Assembly (NCBI GenBank): GCA_963711565.1
Contig: CAVQEQ010000001.1
Span: forward strand, 96,001 to 160,000
DNA length: 64,000 nt
Direction of reading: 5' to 3'
DNA from: an uncultured delta proteobacterium
Lineage (GTDB): Bacteria > Desulfobacterota > Binatia > Binatales > Binataceae
Shown: positions 29,764 through 40,990 of the stretch, piece after piece
Layout: each line of letters starts with the position of its first letter
How positions within the stretch are numbered: position 1 is the first letter of the stretch
The notes under the pieces: model-generated
The model's input: the letters and a program-made list of their open reading frames with translations, nothing else
The model's database searches: none
Told to the model about the DNA's origin: nothing
Position numbers and translations under genes: made by a program

Positions 29764-31522
29764 TCGGAATCGTTACCTTGCAAATCGTACCTTGTCCCAA
29801 TTCCGAATCTATAGCTATCTTCCCGCCGTTGAGTTCGATTGCCCGCATCGCGAACGGCAGTCCCAGCCCGCTCCCGCCAGCCTTGGTTGTGTAATACAAG
29901 TCGAAAATCCGATCCAGTTGCGCTTTGCCGATTCCGGGACCGCGGTCCGCCACCGTGACTTCGACCGACGATGCTTGCATCCTGCTGGCCAGCGTCAATC
30001 CGCCGCCATCGGGCATCGCTTGTTCGGCGTTGGCGATCAGATTCGAGAGCGCTTCGTAGATTAGCCCTCGATCGGCTTGAACCGGCGGCAGCGTAGGTTC
30101 GAGTTGATACTCGACTTTGATCTTTTCGGCATTCACCCGCGCGCCGAGTTCTTTGAGCAACTCGTTGATGTCGAAATCGCTCAGCTTCAATTGCTCGGGC
30201 CGCATGAACCGCAGCAGCGCCTCCACCGCCTCGTCGAGCCGCGTCACTTCGTGGCGCAACTTATCGATATGCTTTGAGCCCTTCTCGCCCGCTTCGTGGC
30301 GCAGCAGTTCGAGCCTCATGTTCATCCCGTTCAACGGGCTGCGCAGTTGATGGGCGAGGCCGGAAATCAGCGTTCCGAGCCGGGCGAGCCGATTTGACGA
30401 ATCGAGCGCCGTCTCGAGTTCGATAACCGGCTTCAGGTCTCGCAACACAATCAGCAGGCCGGCTGGAACCCGTTCGCGCCCGAGACGAAAGAATGAAACC
30501 AGGTAAGTCCCGCCCGCCGGTAGCGCCAGCGGAACGTCATGCGCCTCGGTGCCGGCCACGGTTGACTGCACCAGCGCCAGCAACGGATGCGCGCCATCGA
30601 GCGCGGAGGCGAGCGATGCGCCTTCGAGCGACGCGTTCTTCGGCGCCAGCCGCTCCTGCGCCTCTTTATTCGCGAACAGCACCACGCCGCCGGCGTCGAG
30701 CAGCACCACCGCGTCCTGGATCGAACGGACCACGTCGAACAGATGAGTCTGATCGCTGTCCAGCCGGGAGCGATCCGCCCTCACCTGCCGCGACAACTCG
30801 TTGAACTTCTCGGCCAGCGTGCTCAACTCGCCGGCGCCGGAGACGCTGACCTCCGTAGGACTCTTGCCGGCCGCCAATTGTTCGAATCCGCTGGTAAGGA
30901 TGGCGAGTTGTTCCAGAATCCGGTTGGCAATCAACAAAACCACCAGCATCGCGGCGGCGATCACCAGCCCCGCGGTCGCCAAGATCACCACCAGCAGATG
31001 GCGGGCCCGGTCCGCGATCAGCGCCGTCGTCACGCCGACCGAAATCGTCGCGGCCGGCTTGCCGTTGATATCTACTCGCCGCCGCGCTTCGTAAACCTTC
31101 GCCGTCAGCAGGCTTGGCAGCGACGTGAACAGCAGCCATCGCGACGCCTGCTCGTCCAGTTCCCTGACCGACGGCAGGTCGAGCGCGGGCTTGCCCTCGC
31201 CGTCGCCATTAGCCGCGACGATCACCGTGCCGTCGTCGGCGACGATATGCGCCGAGACCACCGCGGGTCCGAACGCCACCGTCGAATCGAGCAGCTTGCG
31301 CAATGGCTCACTCCCGCGCAGCGTGGTCGGGACGTCGGCGTCGCCTTGCGAGAGAGCCAGCCGCACTTGTTCGAAAACCTGTGCGATCATGAAGTCGGTA
31401 GATCGCGACATGTCGTGGATCATCGTGCCGATTCGGGAGTCGATCGAGATGACGCTGAGGGTGATCGTGGGAACAAGCATCAGCACGAGTGCCATCAGGG
31501 CCAGTCTTGCTCGCAAATGCAT
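29717..31522 (-). CDS. Sensor histidine kinase (TM-periplasmic-TM-HAMP-PAS-HisKA-HATPase)
   Basis: AHQLRSPLN H-box, NLIANA, DRGPGI, GSGLGL. Confidence 0.92.
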   Translation of the reverse strand: MHLRARLALMALVLMLVPTITLSVISIDSRIGTMIHDMSRSTDFMIAQVFEQVRLALSQGDADVPTTLRGSEPLRKLLDSTVAFGPAVVSAHIVADDGTVIVAANGDGEGKPALDLPSVRELDEQASRWLLFTSLPSLLTAKVYEARRRVDINGKPAATISVGVTTALIADRARHLLVVILATAGLVIAAAMLVVLLIANRILEQLAILTSGFEQLAAGKSPTEVSVSGAGELSTLAEKFNELSRQVRADRSRLDSDQTHLFDVVRSIQDAVVLLDAGGVVLFANKEAQERLAPKNASLEGASLASALDGAHPLLALVQSTVAGTEAHDVPLALPAGGTYLVSFFRLGRERVPAGLLIVLRDLKPVIELETALDSSNRLARLGTLISGLAHQLRSPLNGMNMRLELLRHEAGEKGSKHIDKLRHEVTRLDEAVEALLRFMRPEQLKLSDFDINELLKELGARVNAEKIKVEYQLEPTLPPVQADRGLIYEALSNLIANAEQAMPDGGGLTLASRMQASSVEVTVADRGPGIGKAQLDRIFDLYYTTKAGGSGLGLPFAMRAIELNGGKIAIDSELGQGTICKVTIPIAANAPAKSAESSAA

Positions 31523-31586
31523 AGTTTCCTCGCGCGATGGAGCCTTGCCGGCGAACCCCACTGAAGGGCGTTCCAGCCGTTTCGAG

Positions 31587-32954
<1,368 letters not shown>

Positions 32955-33093
32955 CGGATTTTCCAACGAACGGGCGTATTGACGTAGGGGCGTCTCGCCG
33001 ATGCACTGCAACAACCATGCGCACCCCCGATTAGCTGGAAATAGTATGGCTTATTAAGGATTTAGGCTCAAAACCCGAGCGGGATGCATGATC

Positions 33094-33128
33094 AGTCGGT
33101 AATTCTTACTGAGTAATTTCTACCGACT
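33094..33128. promoter_or_regulatory. Imperfect inverted repeat made of two tandem CGGTA-N5-TACCG-like sites (candidate enhancer; terminator also possible)
   Basis: AGTCGGTAATTCTTACT-G-AGTAATTTCTACCGACT, upstream of the regulator and just past the BVMO stop. Confidence 0.5.
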
Positions 33129-33135
33129 CAACGCT

Positions 33136-34671
33136 TCAGGCCGCGCGGTTAGCCGGATCCACCTCCGCAGCCGCATGGTCCTCTGCGAGCGTGGGAACCC
33201 GGCGCGCTTTGAGCTGATAGAGTTTCGGGTCGGCACGTATCGTCTTCCACCAGTAGCGAATCGTGCTACCCGACCAGTTGTTCGTAATGCGCCCGGCTTC
33301 GTTCTTGTACCAACTCTTTGCCGTGGACGCCCAAACTCTCTGTTCCAGCTCCTTTTGCTGGACGGCGTCGAACTCGTCCATCACGTCGCGTCGCAGATCT
33401 ATGGAAGAAGCGCCGCTCTCGTCCAGCCGCCGGATACAGTCGAGAATGTAGTTCGTCTGGCATTCGATCATGAAGATGATCGAGTTGTGCCCGAGGTTCG
33501 TGTTCGGTCCGTACATCAGAAACAGATTCGGGAATCCCGCGACGCTGATCCCGAGGTAGGCCTTCGCGCCACCCGCCCATTCGTCTTGCAAGAGGCGTCC
33601 GTCGCGCCCGCGAATCGCCATCGGCGCGAGGAATGCCGTTGACTCGAATCCGGTCGCATAGATCAGCACGTTGACGGGAATAGTGCGGCCGTCTTTGGTG
33701 ACGACGGCGCGTTCATCCAGATGGTCGATGCCGCTGGTTACGACCTCGACGTTTTCGCGGTTGAGGGTCGCATAATAGTCGTCGGAAATCAGAATACGCT
33801 TGCCGCCGACCGGATAGTCGGGAATCAACGCCTTCTGCAGCTTCGGATCTGTAACGGTCGCGCGCATGTAGGTCTCGGCAGCTTGCGCCATCCGCCGTGA
33901 CAGAAACGAAACGCCGCGGAAGACCGGCCAGTTGATCTCGTGCTGGCAGTAGATCAGCCAGCGGTAGAGCCGCGTCAGCACGGGATTGCGCGCGAACCGG
34001 CGCTTCTGGTCATCGGTGTACGCGAGGTCGTTTCGCGGCACCATCCAGTTCGCGCTGCGCTGGAAGATATAGACCTTGCCGGCCTTCGCCGCGATCTGCG
34101 GAATGAACTGGATCGCGCTGGCCGCGTTGCCGACGACGCCGACACTCTTACCAGTCAAGTCGATATCGTGACGCCATCGCGCCGAGTGGAACGACACACC
34201 CTTGAAGTTCTCGGCGCCGCGAAGCTTCGGCATGTTCGGCCGGTTCAACTGGCCGACGCCGGCGACCAGCACCTCGGCCAGGACTTCTTCACCCTTGGTG
34301 GTACGGATTCTCCAAACCGCCGCGTCTTCATCCCAACTCGCGCCGGCTATCTCCGTGCCGAAGCGGATGTGCCGCATGAGGTCGTACTTCTTCGCGCAAT
34401 CCTCCATGTACTGCAGGATCTCGGCCTGCGGCGCCCACTTCCGCGACCAATCGGTTTTCTGCTCGAACGAGAAGCAATAAGAAAACGACGGTACGTCGCA
34501 GGCTGCGCCGGGATAAGTGTTGTCGCGCCACGTCCCGCCAAGCCGGTCAGATTTCTCGAAGATGGTAAAGGAATCGATCCCCAACCGCGTGAGCTGTATG
34601 CCGAGGCACAGGCCCGAGAAGCCGGACCCGATGATCGCAATCCGCCGCGTCGCGCGACTATTCATGGACAT
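33136..34671 (-). CDS. Flavin-containing (Baeyer-Villiger type) monooxygenase
   Basis: GSGFSG, GGTWRDNTYPGAACD, fingerprint FKGVSFHSARW, ATGF. Confidence 0.92.
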   Translation of the reverse strand: MSMNSRATRRIAIIGSGFSGLCLGIQLTRLGIDSFTIFEKSDRLGGTWRDNTYPGAACDVPSFSYCFSFEQKTDWSRKWAPQAEILQYMEDCAKKYDLMRHIRFGTEIAGASWDEDAAVWRIRTTKGEEVLAEVLVAGVGQLNRPNMPKLRGAENFKGVSFHSARWRHDIDLTGKSVGVVGNAASAIQFIPQIAAKAGKVYIFQRSANWMVPRNDLAYTDDQKRRFARNPVLTRLYRWLIYCQHEINWPVFRGVSFLSRRMAQAAETYMRATVTDPKLQKALIPDYPVGGKRILISDDYYATLNRENVEVVTSGIDHLDERAVVTKDGRTIPVNVLIYATGFESTAFLAPMAIRGRDGRLLQDEWAGGAKAYLGISVAGFPNLFLMYGPNTNLGHNSIIFMIECQTNYILDCIRRLDESGASSIDLRRDVMDEFDAVQQKELEQRVWASTAKSWYKNEAGRITNNWSGSTIRYWWKTIRADPKLYQLKARRVPTLAEDHAAAEVDPANRAA

Positions 34672-34913
34672 TGAGCAACTCTCCTGGCGTTGAGCGCAAT
34701 CGTTCCTGGAAATACACAGCTTACTCTGATTGCTTTCGAGAGGCTGCACCGCCGCCGAAGCCTAAACGGAGGCAGGCGCTTCAAACCCTCGGATTCGCCG
34801 ATTGCTACCAAACAAGTCATCGGGTTCAATTTTGCGTTTCGCGAGCAGGAATCATGTTGTACCGCTGGTCGCGCCAGATGGCTACATTTTGATATTTTTT
34901 GGTGACTTTGTTG

Positions 34914-34933
34914 AGCTAGGTAGTAAGCTAGCT
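34914..34933. promoter_or_regulatory. Candidate toxin-antitoxin operator palindrome
   Basis: AGCTAG-N8-CTAGCT just before the antitoxin RBS. Confidence 0.45.
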
Positions 34934-34946
34934 GAAAGGAAATTCC

Positions 34947-35174
34947 ATGCGAGAAATCGGATCGTCCGAAGCAAAAAACAAGTTGAGCGCGCTCCTCGAC
35001 CAGGTCGAGCATGGGGCGGAAATTGTGATAACCCGCCGCGGAAGACCCGTCGCCAAATTAGTGCCCTCTGGGCCGGGATTCGAGCGCGCCGCCGCCGGTC
35101 TGCGCGAAGCCAGCAAGGGAATCAGGCTGCGCGGCCTCAACTTCAAGGACCTGATCAATGAAGGGCGCCCGTGA
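34947..35174 (+). CDS. Type II antitoxin, Phd/YefM family
   Basis: EAKNKLSALLDQVEHGAEIVITRRGRPVAKLVP. Confidence 0.92.
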   Translation: MREIGSSEAKNKLSALLDQVEHGAEIVITRRGRPVAKLVPSGPGFERAAAGLREASKGIRLRGLNFKDLINEGRP

Positions 35175-35282
35175 GCTTTGTCTTTGATAATTCCGTCGCG
35201 CTCGCTTGGTGCTTCGTAGACCAGCACGCTCAACCGTTATTGGACCTTCTGGACAGCGTGGCTGAAACCGGCGCCTGCGTTA
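35171..35282 (+). pseudogene. vapC: Truncated VapC (PIN) toxin
   Basis: GTGA overlap with the antitoxin; MSFVFDNSVALAWCFVD PIN N-terminus, similarity lost after about 37 codons. Confidence 0.75.
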
Positions 35283-35376
35283 GCCATAGACGAGGCTGTC
35301 CCGCGATCGCTATGCCGGCGCACGCCACAAAGTCCGAAGCGTGGTATCGTAGGCGATCTCAATGGGGCCAACGAAT

Positions 35377-35859
35377 ATGGCGACCGTCAGAAAGCAGTCA
35401 GCGCCGCGGGCCGACACGCGCAAGATAAGAAACCTTACGGAAGAACTCAGCCGTGAAGAACATAGCCTCGGGATCCCCCTGCTCGACGCGGCAGTGGCGG
35501 GCGTCATTCTCGGCTTCAAGCCGGCGGATCGCGAGATGCGCGCGCAGGCGCAGCGATGCTGGGAGACCCTGAAGCCGCGACTCAATCAGCATCTGCTCAG
35601 CGAAGATGAAACCGTGCTGCCGTGGGCGGAAGATGCGGGCGGTATGTCGGTCGAGGCGATGAATCGGATCAAAAGCAGCCATCGAGAAATGCGCTCGCTG
35701 ATCGGCAAGCTCACCGGAGTGTCGTTCGAAAAAGATCCGGACAAAGTCGTCGCCGCGGCCGGCAAAGCGCTATGCGTGCTCGCTGTTAAGCTCGACGATT
35801 TGATCGACAGTGAAGAAATGCGGCTGTTGCCGGCGCTAAGAAAGATGTTGTTCGCTTAG
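35377..35859 (+). CDS. Hemerythrin/HHE-domain protein (degenerate)
   Basis: EEH, HLLSEDETVLP, HREM, SEEMRLLP. Confidence 0.65.
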   Translation: MATVRKQSAPRADTRKIRNLTEELSREEHSLGIPLLDAAVAGVILGFKPADREMRAQAQRCWETLKPRLNQHLLSEDETVLPWAEDAGGMSVEAMNRIKSSHREMRSLIGKLTGVSFEKDPDKVVAAAGKALCVLAVKLDDLIDSEEMRLLPALRKMLFA

Positions 35860-35894
35860 TTGCCCAGGCGGAAACTATACGCAGGAGCGAATCG

Positions 35895-37175
35895 ATGGAA
35901 ACCCAAGCGACCGGTAATCGTCTCGAAAGCGCGAATGAATTCTCACTCGACACGATTGATATCGTCACTCCCGACCACTACCAGAAAAACGGCTACCCGC
36001 ACGCCGAGTGGACGTACCTCCGCAAGCACCATCCCGTGTCCTACGTGGACCGGCCGCGAATGGATCCGTTCTGGGCGATCACCAAGGCGGCCGATATCAG
36101 GGAGATAAGCTGTCAGCCGCGCTTGTGGCTCAACGGTCCGCGGCTTGCGGTGTTTGTGCTGGACGAGGGCGACACCGGCCTCCCGCCCGAGCTGCCGCTC
36201 AAGCATCTGCTCAATATGGATCCGCCGGAGCACGGCGAGTATCGCTCGATCCTGAGCCAATACTTCACGCCGCGTTCGATTCGTGAGCTCGAGGCCGAGG
36301 TCACGAACATAACCGCCCAACTGCTCGACGACGTGATGGACCGCAAGGAATGCGACTTCGTCACCGAGATCTCGTCGAAGGTGCCGGTCGCAGTCATCGC
36401 GGAAATGCTCGGCGTGCCGAAGAAGGATCGGCCGACGATCTTCCGCTGGACGAATGAAATCATCGGCGGCGGCGATCCCGAGTTTCAGCGCGGCAAGGAT
36501 GCGAACGAAACCTTCGCCCAGGCGCGCATGGAAATGTTCACCTACTTCACCAACCTAGTCGAAGAGAGCCGCAAGCATCCCAACAAGAGCGTCACCAGTA
36601 TCATCTCGAACACGAAAGTAAACGGCGAGCCGCTGCCCGCGCTGGAACTGCTCTCCTACCTGTTGCTCCTGGTGGTGGCGGGCAACGAGACCACTCGCAA
36701 TGCGACCAGCGGCGGCCTGCTTGCGTTCATCGAAAATCCCGCTCAATTCCAACGGCTCAAGTCGGATCCCACGTTGATCAAATCCGCCGTCGAGGAAATC
36801 GTGCGCTGGACTTCGCCGGTGATCCAGTTTTGCCGCACCGCCACGAGCGATACCTTGGTGCGCGGGCAGAAGATTCGCGCGGGCGAGTCGGTGTGTTTGT
36901 TCTACCCCTCAGCCAGCCGCGACGAAGACGTCTTCGAGCAACCGTTCAAGTTCGACATCGGCCGCAACCCGAATCCCCATCTCTCGTTCGGCATCGGAGA
37001 GCATTTCTGTCTCGGGGCCAACCTTGCACGGCTGGAACTGACGGTGATCTTCAGAGAGCTGGCGAAACGGCTCGAGCACGCGGAATTGGCGGGACCGGTC
37101 GAGCGTCTGCGCTCGAGCTTCGTCGGCGGCATCAAGCACATGCCGATCCGTTACAAGCTCAAGCCCGCCGCTTAA
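35895..37175 (+). CDS. Cytochrome P450
   Basis: AGNETT, EEIVRW, FGIGEHFCLG. Confidence 0.95.
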   Translation: METQATGNRLESANEFSLDTIDIVTPDHYQKNGYPHAEWTYLRKHHPVSYVDRPRMDPFWAITKAADIREISCQPRLWLNGPRLAVFVLDEGDTGLPPELPLKHLLNMDPPEHGEYRSILSQYFTPRSIRELEAEVTNITAQLLDDVMDRKECDFVTEISSKVPVAVIAEMLGVPKKDRPTIFRWTNEIIGGGDPEFQRGKDANETFAQARMEMFTYFTNLVEESRKHPNKSVTSIISNTKVNGEPLPALELLSYLLLLVVAGNETTRNATSGGLLAFIENPAQFQRLKSDPTLIKSAVEEIVRWTSPVIQFCRTATSDTLVRGQKIRAGESVCLFYPSASRDEDVFEQPFKFDIGRNPNPHLSFGIGEHFCLGANLARLELTVIFRELAKRLEHAELAGPVERLRSSFVGGIKHMPIRYKLKPAA

Positions 37176-37809
37176 GGCCGTTTCGCTGCGTGCGCCATCG
37201 CAACAGATCGAAGCGGTCCTGACCGAAGAACGGCTCGCCGTTGAAGACCATCAAGGGGACGCCCCAATGGCCGGCGCGCTTTTGCGCGGATTCATTCTCG
37301 GCGATTGCGGCTTCATAGCGAGCGGGGTCGCGCTCGATTTCCGAATCGAGTTTCGCGAGGTCCAGCCCCACACGATCCGCCGCCCGTGCCAGATGGTCGC
37401 CGAGATGCCAGTCTCTCACGCCGCCAAAAATGACGCCGCTCACTGCGGCGAGGAACGGTAATCCCTTGCCGGCAGCGGCGGCGGCGATGCCTAACCTGGT
37501 CAATCTGTGGATGTACGGTTGCTCCGTCGCCACCTCGCCGGTGCCCATGTTCATGAGAATCGGATCGGGGCTGGGCCACGCGAACGGCATGCCAAGCATT
37601 TCCGCGATCCGCGAGCAATCGCGAAAGAGATACGGCGGCCACATCGGATTCACCTGTTTGAAGAACCCGGGAATCCGGACCGCGATCGGATAGACCGGCC
37701 GCACGTTGGCCTTCACGTCGTACTCGCGCTCAAATTCAATCAGCCGCGGCGTAACGAGATAGGAATAGGGCGAGCGAAACGACCAGAACAAATCATACTC
37801 GAGTGTCAT
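37159..37809 (-). CDS. 2-hydroxychromene-2-carboxylate isomerase/DsbA-like (GST kappa) protein
   Basis: FWSFRSPYSY, WGVPLMVFNGEPFFGQDR; ATG 37809 with AGGAGA RBS. Confidence 0.88.
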   Translation of the reverse strand: MTLEYDLFWSFRSPYSYLVTPRLIEFEREYDVKANVRPVYPIAVRIPGFFKQVNPMWPPYLFRDCSRIAEMLGMPFAWPSPDPILMNMGTGEVATEQPYIHRLTRLGIAAAAAGKGLPFLAAVSGVIFGGVRDWHLGDHLARAADRVGLDLAKLDSEIERDPARYEAAIAENESAQKRAGHWGVPLMVFNGEPFFGQDRFDLLRWRTQRNGLKRRA

Positions 37810-37996
37810 TTCCGTCTTGTCTCCTGAACGCGTCGAAAAGTCCAGAGTTCGTACTGCAGAGAGCGATAGATTCGCAGTTCGAGCACTGGAAAATCTCGCC
37901 GCTCTCGTGGCAAGCTGCGAATCTGATTGGCATGTTGGCATTGACCACTGCTGGATCGAAGCGTCGCAATGACCATCACGCACGGAGATAATCGAA

Positions 37997-39748
37997 ATGG
38001 CCGAGCCACTGGAAAAGCCGATTGGAGTGACCGCGAAGCCCACGCGACCGCAAGAGTTCTACGATAGCGTCAAGCGGAAGTTCGCCGAGGAACGCGACCT
38101 CCGGCTGAACTACCGCCCGGATGGCACGGCACAGTACACGTCCGAATTGACGGGCGAGCTGTCGAAATACGAAGTTGACCCGTACGCGGGCGAGATCAAG
38201 CCGCGCGAGCCCATCAACGACACCGTCGAAGTCCTGTTTATCGGCGGAGGATTCTCGGCGCTACTGACCTCCGCGCGGCTGCGCGAGCATGGCGTCGAGA
38301 GCATTCGCATCGTCGAGCGCGGCGCGGATGTCGGCGGCACGTGGTATTGGAACCGGTACCCCGGCGTGGCGTGCAACGTCGTCGCGTATGACTACCTGCC
38401 CTTGCTCGACGAGCTCGACTACGTACCCAAGGACCACTACGCGAAGGGCCCGGAGATCTTCGCCCATTGCCAGGCCATCGCCAGAAAATACAACCTGTAC
38501 GAGCTGGCAACCTTTCAGACCACGGTCACTTCCACTGTTTGGGATCCCGTGGAACAGATGTGGAACCTCACGACCGACCGTGGCGATCGGATGAAGGCGC
38601 GGTTCGTCATCTGTGCGAACGGCACTCTCTCCAAGCCCAAGCTGGCGAAGATCAAAGGTCTCGAAACGTTCAAAGGACATTCCTTTCACACCTCGCGCTG
38701 GGACTACGCTTACACAAAGCCGGATCTATCTGGCCTCGAAGACAAAGTCGTCGGCATCATCGGAACCGGAGCGACGGCGGTTCAGGCGATACCCGGCCTG
38801 GGTGCCGCGGCAAAAGAGTTATACGTGTTCCAGCGCACGCCCTCGTCAATCGATGTCCGCGACGACTGGCCGACCGATCCCAACTGGGCGCGCAAACTTA
38901 AGCCCGGATGGCAAACGAAGCGCCGCGAACGGGCCAAGATGCAGCCGTTCATGACGCAGGAGCAAAAGGCCAAGTATGCCGCGATGTCTGCTGGGGAGAA
39001 GGTCCGTCGGCAGGAGAATGCGAACATCGAGGCTATGATGAAGATCCATCAGCGCATCGATGCGATCGTCAAGGATAAGGCGACCGCCGACGCGCTCAAG
39101 CCGTGGTACATGCTGCTCTGCAAGCGGCCGTGCTTCCACAACGACTATCTGCCGACCTTCAACCGACCGAACGTCCATCTGGTTGATACGAAAGGCAAGG
39201 GCATCACGGAGATCAATGAGAAAGGTCCGGTATTCGAGGGTAGGCAGTACGAGCTCAACGTCCTTATCTACGCCACCGGCTTCGAAGTGCAGAAGACCGG
39301 CATCTACAACCAGATCAAAGGCGAGAATGGCATCGAGCTTAACGACAAGTATCGCGAAGGCATCCGCACCCTGCTAGGAATCCATTCACAGGGCTACCCG
39401 AATCTTTTCATCATGGGCGGCTATCAGGCTTCCTTCCAGTTCAACTTAACCGACATGCTACAGGCCCAGGGCGATCACATCGCCGCGTGTATCGATTACG
39501 CGCGCAGCAATGGCTTTCGGTCCATCGACGTGACCCGGGAGGCGGAGGAATGGTGGGTGCAGGAAGTTATCGAGCATCGCGGCAAGACCAGTCGTAACCA
39601 GGAGTGCACGCCCGGCTATTACAACTTCGAGGGTGAGTTCCAGCGGCGTCAGGACGGCAACTACAACGGCGGCTTCTTCCAGTACTGTAGCCACATGGGC
39701 GAGGTACAAAAGCGGATGGACGAGCACTTCGTCTTCAGCAGGAAGTAG
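37997..39748 (+). CDS. Baeyer-Villiger monooxygenase
   Basis: GGGFSA, GGTWYWNRYPG, FKGHSFHTSRWD, GTGATA, CKRPCF, CTPGYYNFEG. Confidence 0.92.
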   Translation: MAEPLEKPIGVTAKPTRPQEFYDSVKRKFAEERDLRLNYRPDGTAQYTSELTGELSKYEVDPYAGEIKPREPINDTVEVLFIGGGFSALLTSARLREHGVESIRIVERGADVGGTWYWNRYPGVACNVVAYDYLPLLDELDYVPKDHYAKGPEIFAHCQAIARKYNLYELATFQTTVTSTVWDPVEQMWNLTTDRGDRMKARFVICANGTLSKPKLAKIKGLETFKGHSFHTSRWDYAYTKPDLSGLEDKVVGIIGTGATAVQAIPGLGAAAKELYVFQRTPSSIDVRDDWPTDPNWARKLKPGWQTKRRERAKMQPFMTQEQKAKYAAMSAGEKVRRQENANIEAMMKIHQRIDAIVKDKATADALKPWYMLLCKRPCFHNDYLPTFNRPNVHLVDTKGKGITEINEKGPVFEGRQYELNVLIYATGFEVQKTGIYNQIKGENGIELNDKYREGIRTLLGIHSQGYPNLFIMGGYQASFQFNLTDMLQAQGDHIAACIDYARSNGFRSIDVTREAEEWWVQEVIEHRGKTSRNQECTPGYYNFEGEFQRRQDGNYNGGFFQYCSHMGEVQKRMDEHFVFSRK

Positions 39749-39750
39749 CG

Positions 39751-40860
39751 CTACTGAACGGAAGAGGTTTCGATGTCTTTCGAGTTCGCCGGCAATGTCA
39801 GCAGCATACCGTCATAACCGATCAGTACGCCGCTCGGCCTAACATCGGAGACGCCGCGCATGAACGCGATCCGCGCGAGCACGTTCGGCGTCGGCGGACC
39901 CAGGTGGTTCAGCACCAGCAGCTGCACTCCGGCCTGATTCGCCTCTGATGCGGCGTCAACCGGCGTCGTGTGGTAGCGCTGGATGTCGGACATGATTTTC
40001 GCGATGCGCGCGTTACCGATCCCTTCCGCCCCTTCCTGGATCAGCTGCACGAGATGCGCAGACTGCGCTTCGTGAATCAGCAGGTCCGCGCCTGTAGCGA
40101 CCGCGACGAGATTGGCGCACTTGATCGTATCGCCGCTGACGACGACTGAGCGTCCCTTATAGTCAAATCGATAGCCATAGGCCGGCGCCACCGGCGCGTG
40201 ATCGACGGTGAATGCGGTGACCTTGAGTCCGTTCTCGTCGAGCACCGTCGCGGAGCCGCCTGCACATGGCGACGCGCCGGGCGGAGTGTCGATCTTCACA
40301 GTGATCGGCTGCATCTGCCAGTTCGCAGCCGGCATCAGCGCGGCGCCGTGATGCGCGATGCGGTAGCCTTCATCCAGCGAGTAGGCTTGGGCGAATCCAT
40401 CCACCACCTGCTCGACACCCGGCGGTCCGTACACGCGCAGCGGATGATCCCGCCCATTCGCCCACATCTCGAGGTTGGCTTCGCCGAGATCGCCGATATG
40501 ATCTGAATGAAAATGGGTGAGCAGAATCGCGGCAACCCGCGCCGCGGGAATACGCCACAGCGAGAGGTTCTTCCACGAGCCGGGGCCGATATCCACCAGG
40601 TAGATATTGCCGCCGGCGAAGATCGCGGTGCACGTGTTCGCACGATTGCGATCGGGCAGCGGATCTCCGGTACCGCACAACAAAACTCGCAGCGCGTCCG
40701 GCTCCAGCAGGTCGTTGCGCGTCGCCGCGAGGTTGTGCGCGATCACCCGGCGGAACAGAACATCCTGCAGCGCGGGTATGTGAATCATCCACCACGCAAT
40801 CGCGGCGAGCGCCACGATCACAGCTCCGGCCTGCATAAGTCTTCGCGAAAGTTTAGACAT
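39751..40860 (-). CDS. MBL-fold metallohydrolase (RNase Z/AtsA-like) with N-terminal TM or signal
   Basis: LCGTGDP, THFHSDH, VDH, SGDT, HEA, YHTT, LNHL. Confidence 0.85.
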   Translation of the reverse strand: MSKLSRRLMQAGAVIVALAAIAWWMIHIPALQDVLFRRVIAHNLAATRNDLLEPDALRVLLCGTGDPLPDRNRANTCTAIFAGGNIYLVDIGPGSWKNLSLWRIPAARVAAILLTHFHSDHIGDLGEANLEMWANGRDHPLRVYGPPGVEQVVDGFAQAYSLDEGYRIAHHGAALMPAANWQMQPITVKIDTPPGASPCAGGSATVLDENGLKVTAFTVDHAPVAPAYGYRFDYKGRSVVVSGDTIKCANLVAVATGADLLIHEAQSAHLVQLIQEGAEGIGNARIAKIMSDIQRYHTTPVDAASEANQAGVQLLVLNHLGPPTPNVLARIAFMRGVSDVRPSGVLIGYDGMLLTLPANSKDIETSSVQ

Positions 40861-40990
40861 TCAACCCTTCATCGACTGGCTGCAAATTTTGCCCGCCGAT
40901 TCGAGCGGGCACTGGATTCTCTTACAGCTTTCTCTCACCAAAAGCTCGTACTAGATTTCTCGCACGGGCCGGTAATCGAAAGGAGACACG

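Noticed and set aside
30330-30360. HQ instead of HE in the kinase H-box
   Set aside because: AHQLRxPL is a common functional variant among HisKA kinases.
33007-33022. Sigma54-like element upstream of the response regulator (GCGCATGGTTGTTGCA)
   Set aside because: The invariant -24 GG is CG; too weak to call.
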